From the NCBI GenBank assembly GCA_012295275.1, contig CM022665.1:19902001-19966000 (forward strand): a stretch of DNA of 64,000 nt, given 5' to 3'. Below the pieces are notes generated by a model. That model saw only the letters and a program-made list of their open reading frames with translations. It was not told where the DNA came from and searched no databases. Below, piece after piece: positions 14,101 through 22,872 of this stretch (the first letter of the stretch is position 1; each line of letters starts with the position of its first letter). The position numbers and the translations under genes are program-made. The DNA is from Chrysomallon squamiferum. Its lineage: Eukaryota; Animalia; Mollusca.

Positions 14101-16920
14101 TATAACATATATAACATTTGTCAAAGTATATTTGATACATAACTATTGTCCTAAAATAATATTGTGTTTCAGTATGTAATATATGAAATGTCCAACATTG
14201 TTTTAAACACCACTGTAAAATGTATTACATGAGATATTTAATATTATTTGAAACATGATTGTAATATGTAATACGTGAGATATTTAATATTATTTAAAAC
14301 ATAAATGTAATATGTAATACACTAAATTTTTCACATTGTTTTACAGACACAACTAGACACTGAAGGTGACCAGTTGAACCCTGACCCCTGTCCTATCTGT
14401 CAGAGAGAACTTGGAGCAGAAGTATGAATATTTTACATCTGAATTAAGTATTCAAAAATAATTTGAAATTATTATTATTGTTACTGTCGTTATTATTCTT
14501 TCTTTCTTTTTTTTTTGGAATGACAGAAATTATTATCAAAGCCTTTAGAAATGTCTACATTGTACATTATTATCTGATAAATATATCAGAAGGTATAATT
14601 CTAATTGCAAATACTTTATTTATACACACACATACATACAAACATATGCACATGCACATACATTTGTTTAATGTAGTGTTTTTTATTTCAGTGGAGTGTG
14701 TTACAGTGTGGTCACTGTTTCTGTTTGGACTGTGTTCGCATCATGGTTGACAACTTCAGTGTTGGAGGACGTCACAGGTCAGTGAAGTGTGCCCTGTGTC
14801 GAGAGAGAACTCACCATGGAGAAATTTCCTATGTGAGCACCAAGAAAAGTCAACACACTGAGGAGCAGTTCTCTGTGAAGGTTTGAAGTTAATTTATTAT
14901 ATATGCACATACATATATAACATACATACATACATACATACATACATACATACATACACATACACTAGTGTTATTTTACAGGACAGTCACTAATCAGCAT
15001 TATTTTAAAGGGCAGTCACTAATCAGTGTTATTTTAAAGGGCAGTCACTAATCACTAGTGTTTATTTTACAGGGCAGTCACCCATCATTAGTGTTATTTT
15101 ACAGGAAAGTCACGCATCATTAGTGTTATTTTACAGGAAAGTCACTAATCACTAGTGTTATTTTACAGGGCAGTCACTCTACAAAAGTTGAAGCTGTAGT
15201 GAGATGTATTTTACAAATACGTAAAACTGATCAAAAAGCCAAAGCTCTCATTTTCTCTTCAGTAAGTAAATTATTTCTTCACTTTTACCTTAACACAGTT
15301 TATAAACATTGTGTTCTTCATTTTTTGAAAACTGTTTGTATTGTCAAATATTATATTGTATTTTACAGACTAAAATATATACAATTTGAATATAGCTGAT
15401 AAACTATATTATATCTGTCAGATATTGTGCTCTGCTTTTTAGACTGAAATATATACAATTTGAATATGACTAATAAACCTCATTATAACTGTTAGATAGT
15501 GTACTGTACTTTGCAGTCTAAAATATATACAATTTGAATATGACTGATGAACTGCATTATTATTATTAGTTGTTGTTGTTGATGTTGTTATTGTTTCATA
15601 ATTATCATTATTGTTTTCATCATTATCATTATTACTACTACTATTACTACCAGTATTACTACTACCACCATCACCAGCACTATTACTATCATTATTATTG
15701 TTATTAATATATTTAGTAACATAATTTCTGCATTTTATTTTTTTTAAACTTTACTGTTTTTTTTATAGTATTTGAGTACACAGTGTGTGTGTGTGTATAT
15801 ATATGTTTTTTTTTCTAATGTTGTTAAATAGGATATATTTGAATTCTTGCTTGTTTGTTTATTTAGTGGCAGGATGTTCTGGGAATCATTGAGCAGGCAC
15901 TTAGAGAAAATGACATCTCCTGTCTGTCACTACACACTCCAGGTAAATTCCAGGTATGTATGCCTTGTTTATTTAACTACTAGTTTTTCTGTTTTTAATT
16001 TTCCGTAACCAAATTTGTTTATTTTCAAACATCTGTTTGTTTTTAAAAATATAGAAAAACCTGACATCATTCAAAGAAGATGATGTCACAGCACTGTTGT
16101 TGCCAATCCACTCTGGTTCTAATGGTTTGAATCTGATAGAAGCAACTCATGTACTGTTGGTGGAGCCAATTCTCAACCCCGCCCAGGAGCTACAGGCTGT
16201 AGGGAGGGTCCACAGGATTGGACAGACCAGGTCAGCTGAAATCTTCTATTTTTATATTTTTTTATATTAACATATCATTTTTAATAATTACATGATATTA
16301 GCATATATCAGTTTTAATAATTATATGATGTTAACATACCAGTTTTAATAATTACATATTACCATGCTAATTGTAATAATTGCATGATTTACTGTATCAG
16401 TTTTAATAATTATATTTAATAATCCTCATTATTGTTTGCTGTTTCAGTATTTCTGAAAGTTAAGATAATAAAAAGTATTTAATTTATCAACATAGATGTT
16501 AACTGGATCAAAGACAATGTTTTGATATTTTTATTTTCTAAATATTTAATGTATTTAACTGTACTTTTATTGTATTTGACTTTATTTTTAATGTATTATT
16601 TGTGTTTTAAATGCGGTAAACTATTTTTAATATATGTAACTGTATTTTTAGTGTATTTAACTGTATTTGTGATGTATTTACTGTATCTTTAATGTATTTG
16701 ACTGTAGTTTTAATTTATTTTACTGTGTCTCAGGCCTACCACAGTTCATCATTTTCTTGTTCGAGGCACAATCGAGGAAAGAATCAACACAATGGTGAGA
16801 TCAATAGCAAAGTCTGCCGATGTACACGATGCCAATGAGGTCGCTTTAACAATTGGACAATTGACATCTCTGTTTCAGGAAAATGATGACTCCAGCGAGG
16901 ACCAATCTTCAAATAGATAA
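323..16920 (+). CDS. SHPRH: E3 ubiquitin-protein ligase SHPRH (SNF2 ATPase/PHD/RING), 5'-truncated by the window; 27 exons
   Basis: Motif I GGILADEMGLGKT, PHD finger, Walker B ICLDEAQMVE, RWCVTGTP, LRQACCHPQAVRGEF, C3HC4 RING, helicase-C GSNGLNLIEATHVLLVEP..QAVGRVHRIGQT. 26 GT-AG introns with consistent phases; 4645 exonic nt ending at TAA 16918-16920. Confidence 0.96.
960..2531 (+). CDS. SHPRH: SHPRH exon 2 (long acidic insert + PHD finger)
   Basis: tag|AAG..TCT|gtaagt; 1572 nt open; ends FECICG..VQCVVCSLWQHAACM..YKCPHC. Confidence 0.88.
2512..2737 (+). repeat. ~35-bp tandem array copying the exon 2 donor junction
   Basis: 6-7 copies of cttactgtcatgtgatatctgtaagt..; the first copy is the real exon end. 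Confidence 0.85.
2740..2961. mobile_element. Tc1/mariner-type MITE (222 bp)
   Basis: 30-bp TIRs CAGGGTGGCCCAGATGTAACC(A/G)AACCTGAA with 1 mismatch; TA on both flanks. Confidence 0.88.
3140..3247 (+). CDS. SHPRH: SHPRH exon 3 (motif Ia)
   Basis: SPIPSGATLIISPVSISDQWMDEISKHI; ttcag| and |gtaagt. Confidence 0.92.
3886..4012 (+). CDS. SHPRH: SHPRH exon 4
   Basis: VYSGVNKLGYIQPQTLASYNIVITTYETLRKEIDYVDLPHSN; tacag| and |gtaaga. Confidence 0.92.
4356..4435 (+). CDS. SHPRH: SHPRH exon 5
   Basis: GRRFRHPKRFMAIPSPIISVEWWR; ttcag| and |gtaaga. Confidence 0.92.
4744..4797. mobile_element. Left-end fragment of the TTAA-flanked element family at 12172
   Basis: ttaactcttcagggcttgctctgtttttca..aataattgcac aligns with the 12172 left end. 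Confidence 0.5.
4921..4965 (+). CDS. SHPRH: SHPRH exon 6 (Walker B)
   Basis: ICLDEAQMVECTTTK; tttcag| and |gtgaat. Confidence 0.92.
5456..5534 (+). CDS. SHPRH: SHPRH exon 7 (motif III)
   Basis: TAEMALRLSAVNRWCVTGTPVQKSVE. Confidence 0.92.
5814..5977 (+). CDS. SHPRH: SHPRH exon 8
   Basis: DLYGLVLFLGIDPYWVQQWW..LWRTSKKDVLDQ. Confidence 0.92.
6338..6445 (+). CDS. SHPRH: SHPRH exon 9
   Basis: IELPSQVEEVHWLTFSPVEEHFYRRQ. Confidence 0.92.
6700..6963 (+). repeat. 60-bp tandem array copying the exon 10 acceptor
   Basis: Units at 6781, 6841 and 6901 nearly identical; the last runs into the exon. Confidence 0.92.
6934..6999 (+). CDS. SHPRH: SHPRH exon 10
   Basis: NLSKWSDSSVKLSSLDRHTMTQ; cag| and |gtgagc. 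Confidence 0.88.
7546..7628 (+). CDS. SHPRH: SHPRH exon 11
   Basis: LLNPLLKLRQACCHPQAVRGEFLPLQK. Confidence 0.92.
7965..8091 (+). CDS. SHPRH: SHPRH exon 12
   Basis: TLTMEELLQSLIKKVKLECEEAHRQLVAALNGLAAIDIIKEE. Confidence 0.92.
8230..8416 (+). repeat. 42-50-bp tandem array copying the exon 13 acceptor
   Basis: 4 copies of aatttcagtatgttgatg..gggaagtgttgat. Confidence 0.85.
8377..8553 (+). CDS. SHPRH: SHPRH exon 13
   Basis: YVDAVQKYREVLMSVEEHKNELRTDDLQQLHAMHNLRELL..PTLRDD. Confidence 0.9.
8910..9017 (+). CDS. SHPRH: SHPRH exon 14
   Basis: TQDLREKYMLKVAGKVQNAMESLLPVQSSIRELQKQ; phase 0-0. Confidence 0.87.
9330..9757 (+). repeat. ~100-bp degenerate array copying the exon 15 acceptor
   Basis: 5 copies of tgtgatttttaattgtagttttc..gaagtgactg. 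Confidence 0.75.
9735..9865 (+). CDS. SHPRH: SHPRH exon 15
   Basis: FSKGSDWWSGFLDWVNSHNLQDVLIERIREDL. Confidence 0.87.
10085..10640. repeat. 16-bp minisatellite (gatatatttagatatt)n
   Basis: About 30 degenerate copies in intron 15. Confidence 0.9.
10875..11048 (+). CDS. SHPRH: SHPRH exon 16
   Basis: FRDLRGLQYVVYTQL..VECCLRP; acag| and |gtgaat. Confidence 0.87.
11030..11225 (+). repeat. 3-copy array copying the exon 16 donor, with (TG)n inside the units
   Basis: actcaaaatgtgaatatgtttattt at ~11040 and ~11129, and at ~11200 with gtcaat. Confidence 0.8.
11634..11702 (+). CDS. SHPRH: SHPRH exon 17
   Basis: CPFCQVDELFNEYESKLFSFVE. Confidence 0.9.
12005..12135 (+). CDS. SHPRH: SHPRH exon 18
   Basis: GVSTLGVEDD..RQGTWADSELERIIKCIYNFAR; |gtaagt. 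Confidence 0.87.
12172..12430. mobile_element. piggyBac-like non-autonomous element
   Basis: TTAA-ccattcagggct ... agccccgaaggg-TTAA: imperfect TIRs with TTAA on both flanks. Confidence 0.55.
12641..12720 (+). CDS. SHPRH: SHPRH exon 19
   Basis: PANYKEMLEFGNSHIKLFDLLKKEFK; |gtgagt. Confidence 0.9.
13002..13145 (+). CDS. SHPRH: SHPRH exon 20
   Basis: NLRYVWLAAREQVSSLDELDMATTRLRVR. Confidence 0.92.
13122..13425 (+). repeat. ~61-bp array copying the exon 20 donor
   Basis: 5 copies of atgtgttagacaggt(c/t)agt(c/t)ctgtttaagttttctaacaagtaaaacatc. Confidence 0.88.
13821..13922 (+). CDS. SHPRH: SHPRH exon 21
   Basis: VDLQRMKLLGDKATGSNDLRKRLGQLYYLNNLAK. Confidence 0.92.
14347..14421 (+). CDS. SHPRH: SHPRH exon 22 (RING start)
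   Basis: NPDPCPICQRELGAE. Confidence 0.92.
14692..14880 (+). CDS. SHPRH: SHPRH exon 23 (RING)
   Basis: WSVLQCGHCFCLDC..VKCALCRERTHHGEISYV. Confidence 0.93.
14963..15178 (+). repeat. 28-33-bp array copying the exon 24 acceptor
   Basis: 7 copies of agtgttattttacagggcagtcac; the last is the real acceptor. Confidence 0.9.
15169..15261 (+). CDS. SHPRH: SHPRH exon 24
   Basis: GSHSTKVEAVVRCILQIRKTDQKAKALIFSS. Confidence 0.92.
15867..15953 (+). CDS. SHPRH: SHPRH exon 25
   Basis: WQDVLGIIEQALRENDI. Confidence 0.92.
16055..16230 (+). CDS. SHPRH: SHPRH exon 26 (helicase motifs V-VI)
   Basis: ALLLPIHSGSNGLNLIEATHVLLVEPILNPAQELQAVGRVHRIGQT. Confidence 0.95.
16734..16920 (+). CDS. SHPRH: SHPRH terminal coding exon
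   Basis: PTTVHHFLVRGTIEERI..LTIGQLTSLF..stop TAA. Confidence 0.93.
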
Positions 16921-17590
16921 TGCTAAATTATTTTTAGTATTCAAGTATTAACCTGTTTCCAGAGACTGTTTTATGATGGAAGATGCTGTTATAGTTGATG
17001 TTAACATCATTTGCTGCTACAGTTTGCTCTGAAAGAATTACTAAATGTCTGACATAAATTAAGTTAATAGAATAAAATATTTATCATATGTACAGTTCTG
17101 TCATTCATGTGTGACAATTACAAGATGTTTGATATTAATTAAATTATCAGTTAAAATAAAATTACAAGTGATTTTGTATAAAACAACTGATTTGCTACGT
17201 TTGATTTTCAATTTTACAGTTGTAATTTGTATATATACATTTTTTTTTAACTTGAAATATTTGCATTTTTATGTAACTGTTAAATATAATTATGAACAGT
17301 ATTATTATTTATTGTTATTTAAACAAGACCAGTTTTTCTTTGTTTTTAACTTGCATTCTTGTGAACAGTTTTAATACAGAAAGCATTGTTTGGTCAATGT
17401 ATTTTAACTTTCTGTAATTTTTCTAACTTTGATATAATTTCTAAATATCTTTCATCTGAAAATATCTCAGCTTCTATGGAGTAACACTAAAATTATGGAT
17501 TAAAAATAACAATAACAAAAATTATTGTTAAAAAATGAATATACATTATATATTATAATGTGTATTCATACTCAGTTTATTGTTTTGTGA

Positions 17591-17596
17591 AATAAA
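17591..17596 (+). terminator. Candidate poly(A) signal of SHPRH
   Basis: AATAAA followed by TG/T-rich sequence; another AATAAA at 17071, so the used site is uncertain. Confidence 0.35.
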
Positions 17597-18497
17597 TATT
17601 ATATATTTGTTAAACAGTGTTTGTTCTCTTATCACTGAATTGTATTAACAATATCTGTGTGAAATTGAAACCATGATATCTTGTATCTCTTATCTCAAGT
17701 AAATTTTACTTTCTTTGGTAAATTTGGATATACTAATATATACATTTTTAAAATTATCTTTAGATTTGTACAATTAATTTCACAATTAGCACCTTCTTTT
17801 TTCTTCTTTCTGCAATGTGTTTCCTGTTTGATATACCTGTGTCCATATGTGTGTGTATATGTTAATGCTTCTTATTTTTATACTTAAATTATATTTTCTA
17901 TCATTTATTTTAAAAATGTTTTCTTTTCATCTTCATTTTAACATACTACTTACAATGCTTATTCTTCATATTCATCTTAAATTTACATATAAAACGTATG
18001 TATATGGTTCACTATTAATTTATTATTATATATAATATACTACTACTACTACTACTACTATTATTAGTACTGTAATTATTCTTATTATTACTAATTATTA
18101 TTACTATTATTATTATTATTATTAATTAATTCATTTATTATTATATATTTATTTATTTTATTATTATATTTTTACTTTAAGATAGCAGAATTTTATTCTA
18201 AAACATTTCCTTTATCTGGATGAACCCACTGCCACCCTACACAGTGCTTTAAAAATAAAAAATAAAAAAATAAAATAAACACTCTTTAGTCACGAGATTG
18301 TACTAATCTTCTACTGTATGCAGTAGAACTGCTGTTATGTGCCTACGTCATAAATAAATTATATTATTCTTGGGATAATATTTTCATTCACTCTGACAAA
18401 TTTGAAACACTGCTAATATGTGTTTCAACTTGATTTCACTTGCCAGACTTTTTTTCTTTCTCTTTAACGTTCATGCATGGAGATGTCTTCATATAGG

Positions 18498-18902
18498 CAC
18501 TACCGGATTTATCGTGTTAGTCGCCCATAGGCTACAGAAATTTTACTGCCCCCTCTTCCAGCCCACTTTGTTTATTATGTAATATGAAATATATGATTTT
18601 TTATATCTTATGGAAAAGCGCAGAAATTCTTACTGAAAAAGCGCACACCTCAAAAAATACCAGTATTTTTACGAAGTTTCTATCCAATATGTATTTATTC
18701 TTAGACATAAAAATTTAATTGAATTAGGTCAAAAGAGCCCAAATTTTAACAAAGCGCACAACTCGATAATTTAGCGCACATTCTAATAAAAAAGCGCACA
18801 GTTGGCAACACTGTCCAGTAACAATTTTCATAAACTGCCGCCCCTATCATCCTGCCGCCCTGGGCTCTAGCCTAGAAAGCCTATGTGGGAAATCCGGCCC
18901 TG
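18498..18902. mobile_element. hAT-like MITE with a nested hAT-type fragment
   Basis: Ends cactaccggattt / aaatccggccctg; flanks catatagg / gatattgg (6/8, decayed 8-bp TSD); internal agcgcaca repeats end at gttggcaacactg (18801-18813). Confidence 0.65.
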
Positions 18903-19289
18903 GATATTGGTAGTTGACAAATTTGTTAGACTGATTATTTTACTAAATCACTAGAAAGAGCAAAACATTCATATTAAAATGACACCAAGGTCGCTTTGAT
19001 AGCAGAGACGAAAAAGGTTGCGAATTTTTATCGGAATAAAATTTGCGGGATGTTTCCTTCATAATCTACTGAGAAAGTGTGATCCGTTTCTTTCATTTTG
19101 CTGCGTAATCGGTGAATATCTCATGCAGGTTCAATCCACTATATATGTATTATATATCAAAATGAATCTTTTTATGAATTCTAAACCTGTACTGTATTTT
19201 TAAAAAAGGTGCTAATACTCATGAATTTTAATTAATTAATTAATCGAACTAATTAGCTGAAATTTACCGCCAATTTTGTCAACACCGGT

Positions 19290-19330
19290 CTGACCCAATC
19301 AGAAACCGCCGTCGACGTCACGTGACCTGA
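19290..19330. promoter_or_regulatory. CCAAT box plus overlapping CRE-like/CLEAR palindrome
   Basis: CCAATCAG at 19295; GACGTCACGTGAC with GTCACGTGAC at 19317-19326. Confidence 0.4.
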
Positions 19331-20337
19331 ACTGACTTGTCATTATCGATCCTTGGAAGCGCGTGCTTTGCGTCCGCATTGCTAATGCAATTTTTCGCAA
19401 TCATACAGTTTATTGAAATTAAGCGCAATAGTAGTTAATAAGCATATCTATACGGGGAACATATTTTGATTGCTGGACTCATCCAAGATTTGTCTAATGA
19501 TCGATGACTTTGCTGACGTTTTCAGAAAGATCTTTTCATCAAAGATTTGATAAGCTTCTCGTTGATCAGTATTCAGAAATCGAAAGCAAGGTTGTAGCAA
19601 GATATGTATACTACGTCATCAAACTAAGTTTCTTTAAAATTATTTTTCAAATGGACCGACAGAAGGGAATTTTTGGAAACTGCACTTTGCTGACGCTGTG
19701 CACTGTGGCACTCGCCCAGCAAGGATCGTCTAGAAATCTAGCGAGAGCGAAATGGGTTATTTGCACATACCAACTTAATAGACTGCATAATAATATTTCT
19801 TATTTAGAAGCATAAACCAAACTTACGGATGACGTAATTGTTTCTCAAGGAAAGCTGTAGTTTATTTCCAGATGAGAGTTATAAATTTACAAAGACATTT
19901 TCGTATGATTAACGAGTCGCTAATTTCTTCAAACTATTGTCGGGTTTGTTTTTCTCGCGGACTACATTGATTAGTGGCGCGGATGAGCTGTTGGTCACGT
20001 GCTGGCTTTATCAGACGACAATACGAGATCCGTCTGCGTCAATTTATTTCTATTGATTGAATTATCGCCCTTTGTCAGTGAAATGAGCGAAAACGCGGAA
20101 GAAAGTGATCTCTATGGAGACAGTGGTTAGTGTATTTTCAAATCAAAAGGCTTATGGGATTTGTGCGTATTACTTGTTCTATCTACGTGACAGTGTGTAG
20201 AGAAGTTTTTCCTACCCTTTGTTGTCAAAACTGATATCAAGTAACTAAAATATCACATAAAAAATAGTCAGTCTGGCTTGTAATAATAATAATATTAATA
20301 TTAATAATAATAATATTAATACTAATACTAATACTAA

Positions 20338-20387
<50 letters not shown>

Positions 20388-21313
20388 AATACACAAAGAA
20401 ATATTAAAACGGAAACTTTCTAACTTGGGTTTTTTATATCAACAACAAGCTTAGTCTTGATAAATATAACAAGTTTGATGTACAATAATCATGAGAATAA
20501 TGGCTGTATAAACTTCTCTATCGTTTGTCAGACACGATATAAATTTACAATTTATTAATTTCTTACATGGTCATGTTAATTTATTTACAAATTATTTCGA
20601 TCAAACGAACTTTTTTTTTCGTTTTCTCTTTTCTTTTTCTTTTATTTAAATCAAGAAAGCCTTTTAAAGTTTATTTTCCTACGTTAGCCGGTAAAGGCGA
20701 GAGAACAGATGACATCCCAGAGAAATAACGATCTTTTTAACCACGCCCTTTCTTTCTTCCTAACAAGTACGTGCCACACTACGTGACGTTTAGAAAGGCG
20801 AACGGTCCCTGTCCGTCCGATTACGTCGCTGCCGACGTGACATGACGGCAGACAGAAGACTTTATATTTGTGTAAAATATTTACTCCGCTTCAAACGATT
20901 GTTTGTTGCCACTTGTGAAATGTTCTTTGAGAACTTAATTTTCACCCATTAAAACGTCGAGAAGATCCGGGCTTGTTTTTCATCTCATAAAAGATAACCG
21001 ATTTGACGTCTGCCGTTGCTGCAATAAGTTAGAAACATTTCTACATTACGTAATTCTTTCTCAGGATTAACAGCTCGACAGTTCGGCGTCTCTAGTAACA
21101 TACACCAGTGTGCTTCTTTTCACCATCGTTGTTACAGTCATCATTATCATTATCATCATCATCATCTCTCTGTCAATCTTTTTCTCATTCATACTTTTTA
21201 TTTTTTTATTTTTTTATCTCTGACTTTCTCGTCTCACTAGCTCCGTCCTCTTTCCTTCTCTGTCCGTTTGTTAGTCTCTCTATCTCTCTCCCTATTTTAT
21301 TTATTTATTTATT

Positions 21314-21371
<58 letters not shown>

Positions 21372-22409
21372 TCTTTTTATTTTTTATTTTTTTTAGAAAA
21401 TTGAAATAACAGAATTCAAAACTTTATGTACACTATCTGTAGGTTTTACAGATAAGACTTAATTAAAAGAGAAAAACTTAACACTAGACTAAAAGAGGAA
21501 AAGACACGTCTTTATGTAGTATTCTTGGAGTCTGTCTTAACCAAATAGTTGTGATGCTGGCTCTAATGAAGACGTTCGCGGTGTTCAGAGCGCTAAACTC
21601 GTGCAAATCACATATGAGCACACTCCACGTTAAAAACCAAACTTCACAGCTCTCTGCATCTCCAATTCGTCACGACTGTTGCCGACTGGCAGCGCCCTCT
21701 GCAGTTTACAAGACAAATTTGTCCGGATAAGTAATCGTGGTGGGAGAGACACGGAGGGCCCTATGTCACGGACAAGTGTTTAAAACGAGCGATCGTCCAT
21801 TGATACTCGTATATAAAACGTGTCATAAGTCGCGATATGGCGGCCACGGGTCTTGACAAAGTATTGTTGTGAGATGGAAAACATAATCTCATCCTTCATT
21901 TCATTAGCCCGTATCGAATAAGCGGCACTTTCTCTTATTAAATTGATGACCATATTAATTGCATAAATGAAAGTGAACAATGCCGTCCGACTACAGATCA
22001 TTCAGAAAACGCTTAGTCAAATTACCTCGTGTCTCCCATAACTTTAATACACAAACCAATCATAAATATTTTTATTTTTTGTTTTTTAATACATACATTA
22101 AAGATATATAATTAAATAGACAGAGAGAAACAGTCAAGTGGATTGATACAGAGACAAATAGAGGGATACAAATAATTTTTATTATTTTATTTATAAAAAA
22201 ACAAAGTGTCGGTATATATATATTTACACGTATCATTTCTTCTGCTGAACTAAAAGTAGTCTTGTTTTCCTAATTAAATAAAATATTAAATATTTAATAA
22301 TAAATAAAACAGAATAATAAATATGTAAATAATTAATAAAGTAAGTGAGGAAATAAATAAATAAATAAATAAATAAATACATAGATAAAATAAAATTAAA
22401 TAAAATAAA

Positions 22410-22805
22410 AAATAATAAATAAAATGAATGAATGACTATATGAATGGGTAATTAAAATAAATAAATTAATTAATTAATTAATTAATTAAATGAAATAAAA
22501 TAAAATAAAATAATTAAATTAAATTATATTAAATAAAAATTATAATATAAACAGGATTGTAAAATATAATATTCGCAGTTTTGATTTAAAAATCTGTCGA
22601 AAATCTATTACATTCAAATATTTTTTTAATATTTTCGTTTTCTTGCAACTGCTGATTTAGTTAATTTTATATTTCTGTTTATATTAATATTTATTTAATA
22701 TAATTTAATAATTTATATTATTTTATTTTACTTACTTAATTCATTTATTTATTTTAATTACTCATTCAAATATTTGTTTTAGTCATTTATTCATTTATTT
22801 TATTT
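22410..22805. repeat. Imperfect AT-rich inverted repeat (foldback)
   Basis: Three nested mirrored blocks: taatataaacag/ctgtttatatta, tgaatgggtaattaaaataaata/tatttattttaattactcattca, aaatgaatgaatgacta/tagtcatttattcattt. Confidence 0.65.
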
Positions 22806-22834
22806 TATTTCATTTTATTTCATTGCATATCCTT

Positions 22835-22872
<38 letters not shown>

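Noticed and set aside
19504-19815. 103-aa ORF
   Set aside because: No recognisable motif and no supporting plus-strand splice or promoter context.
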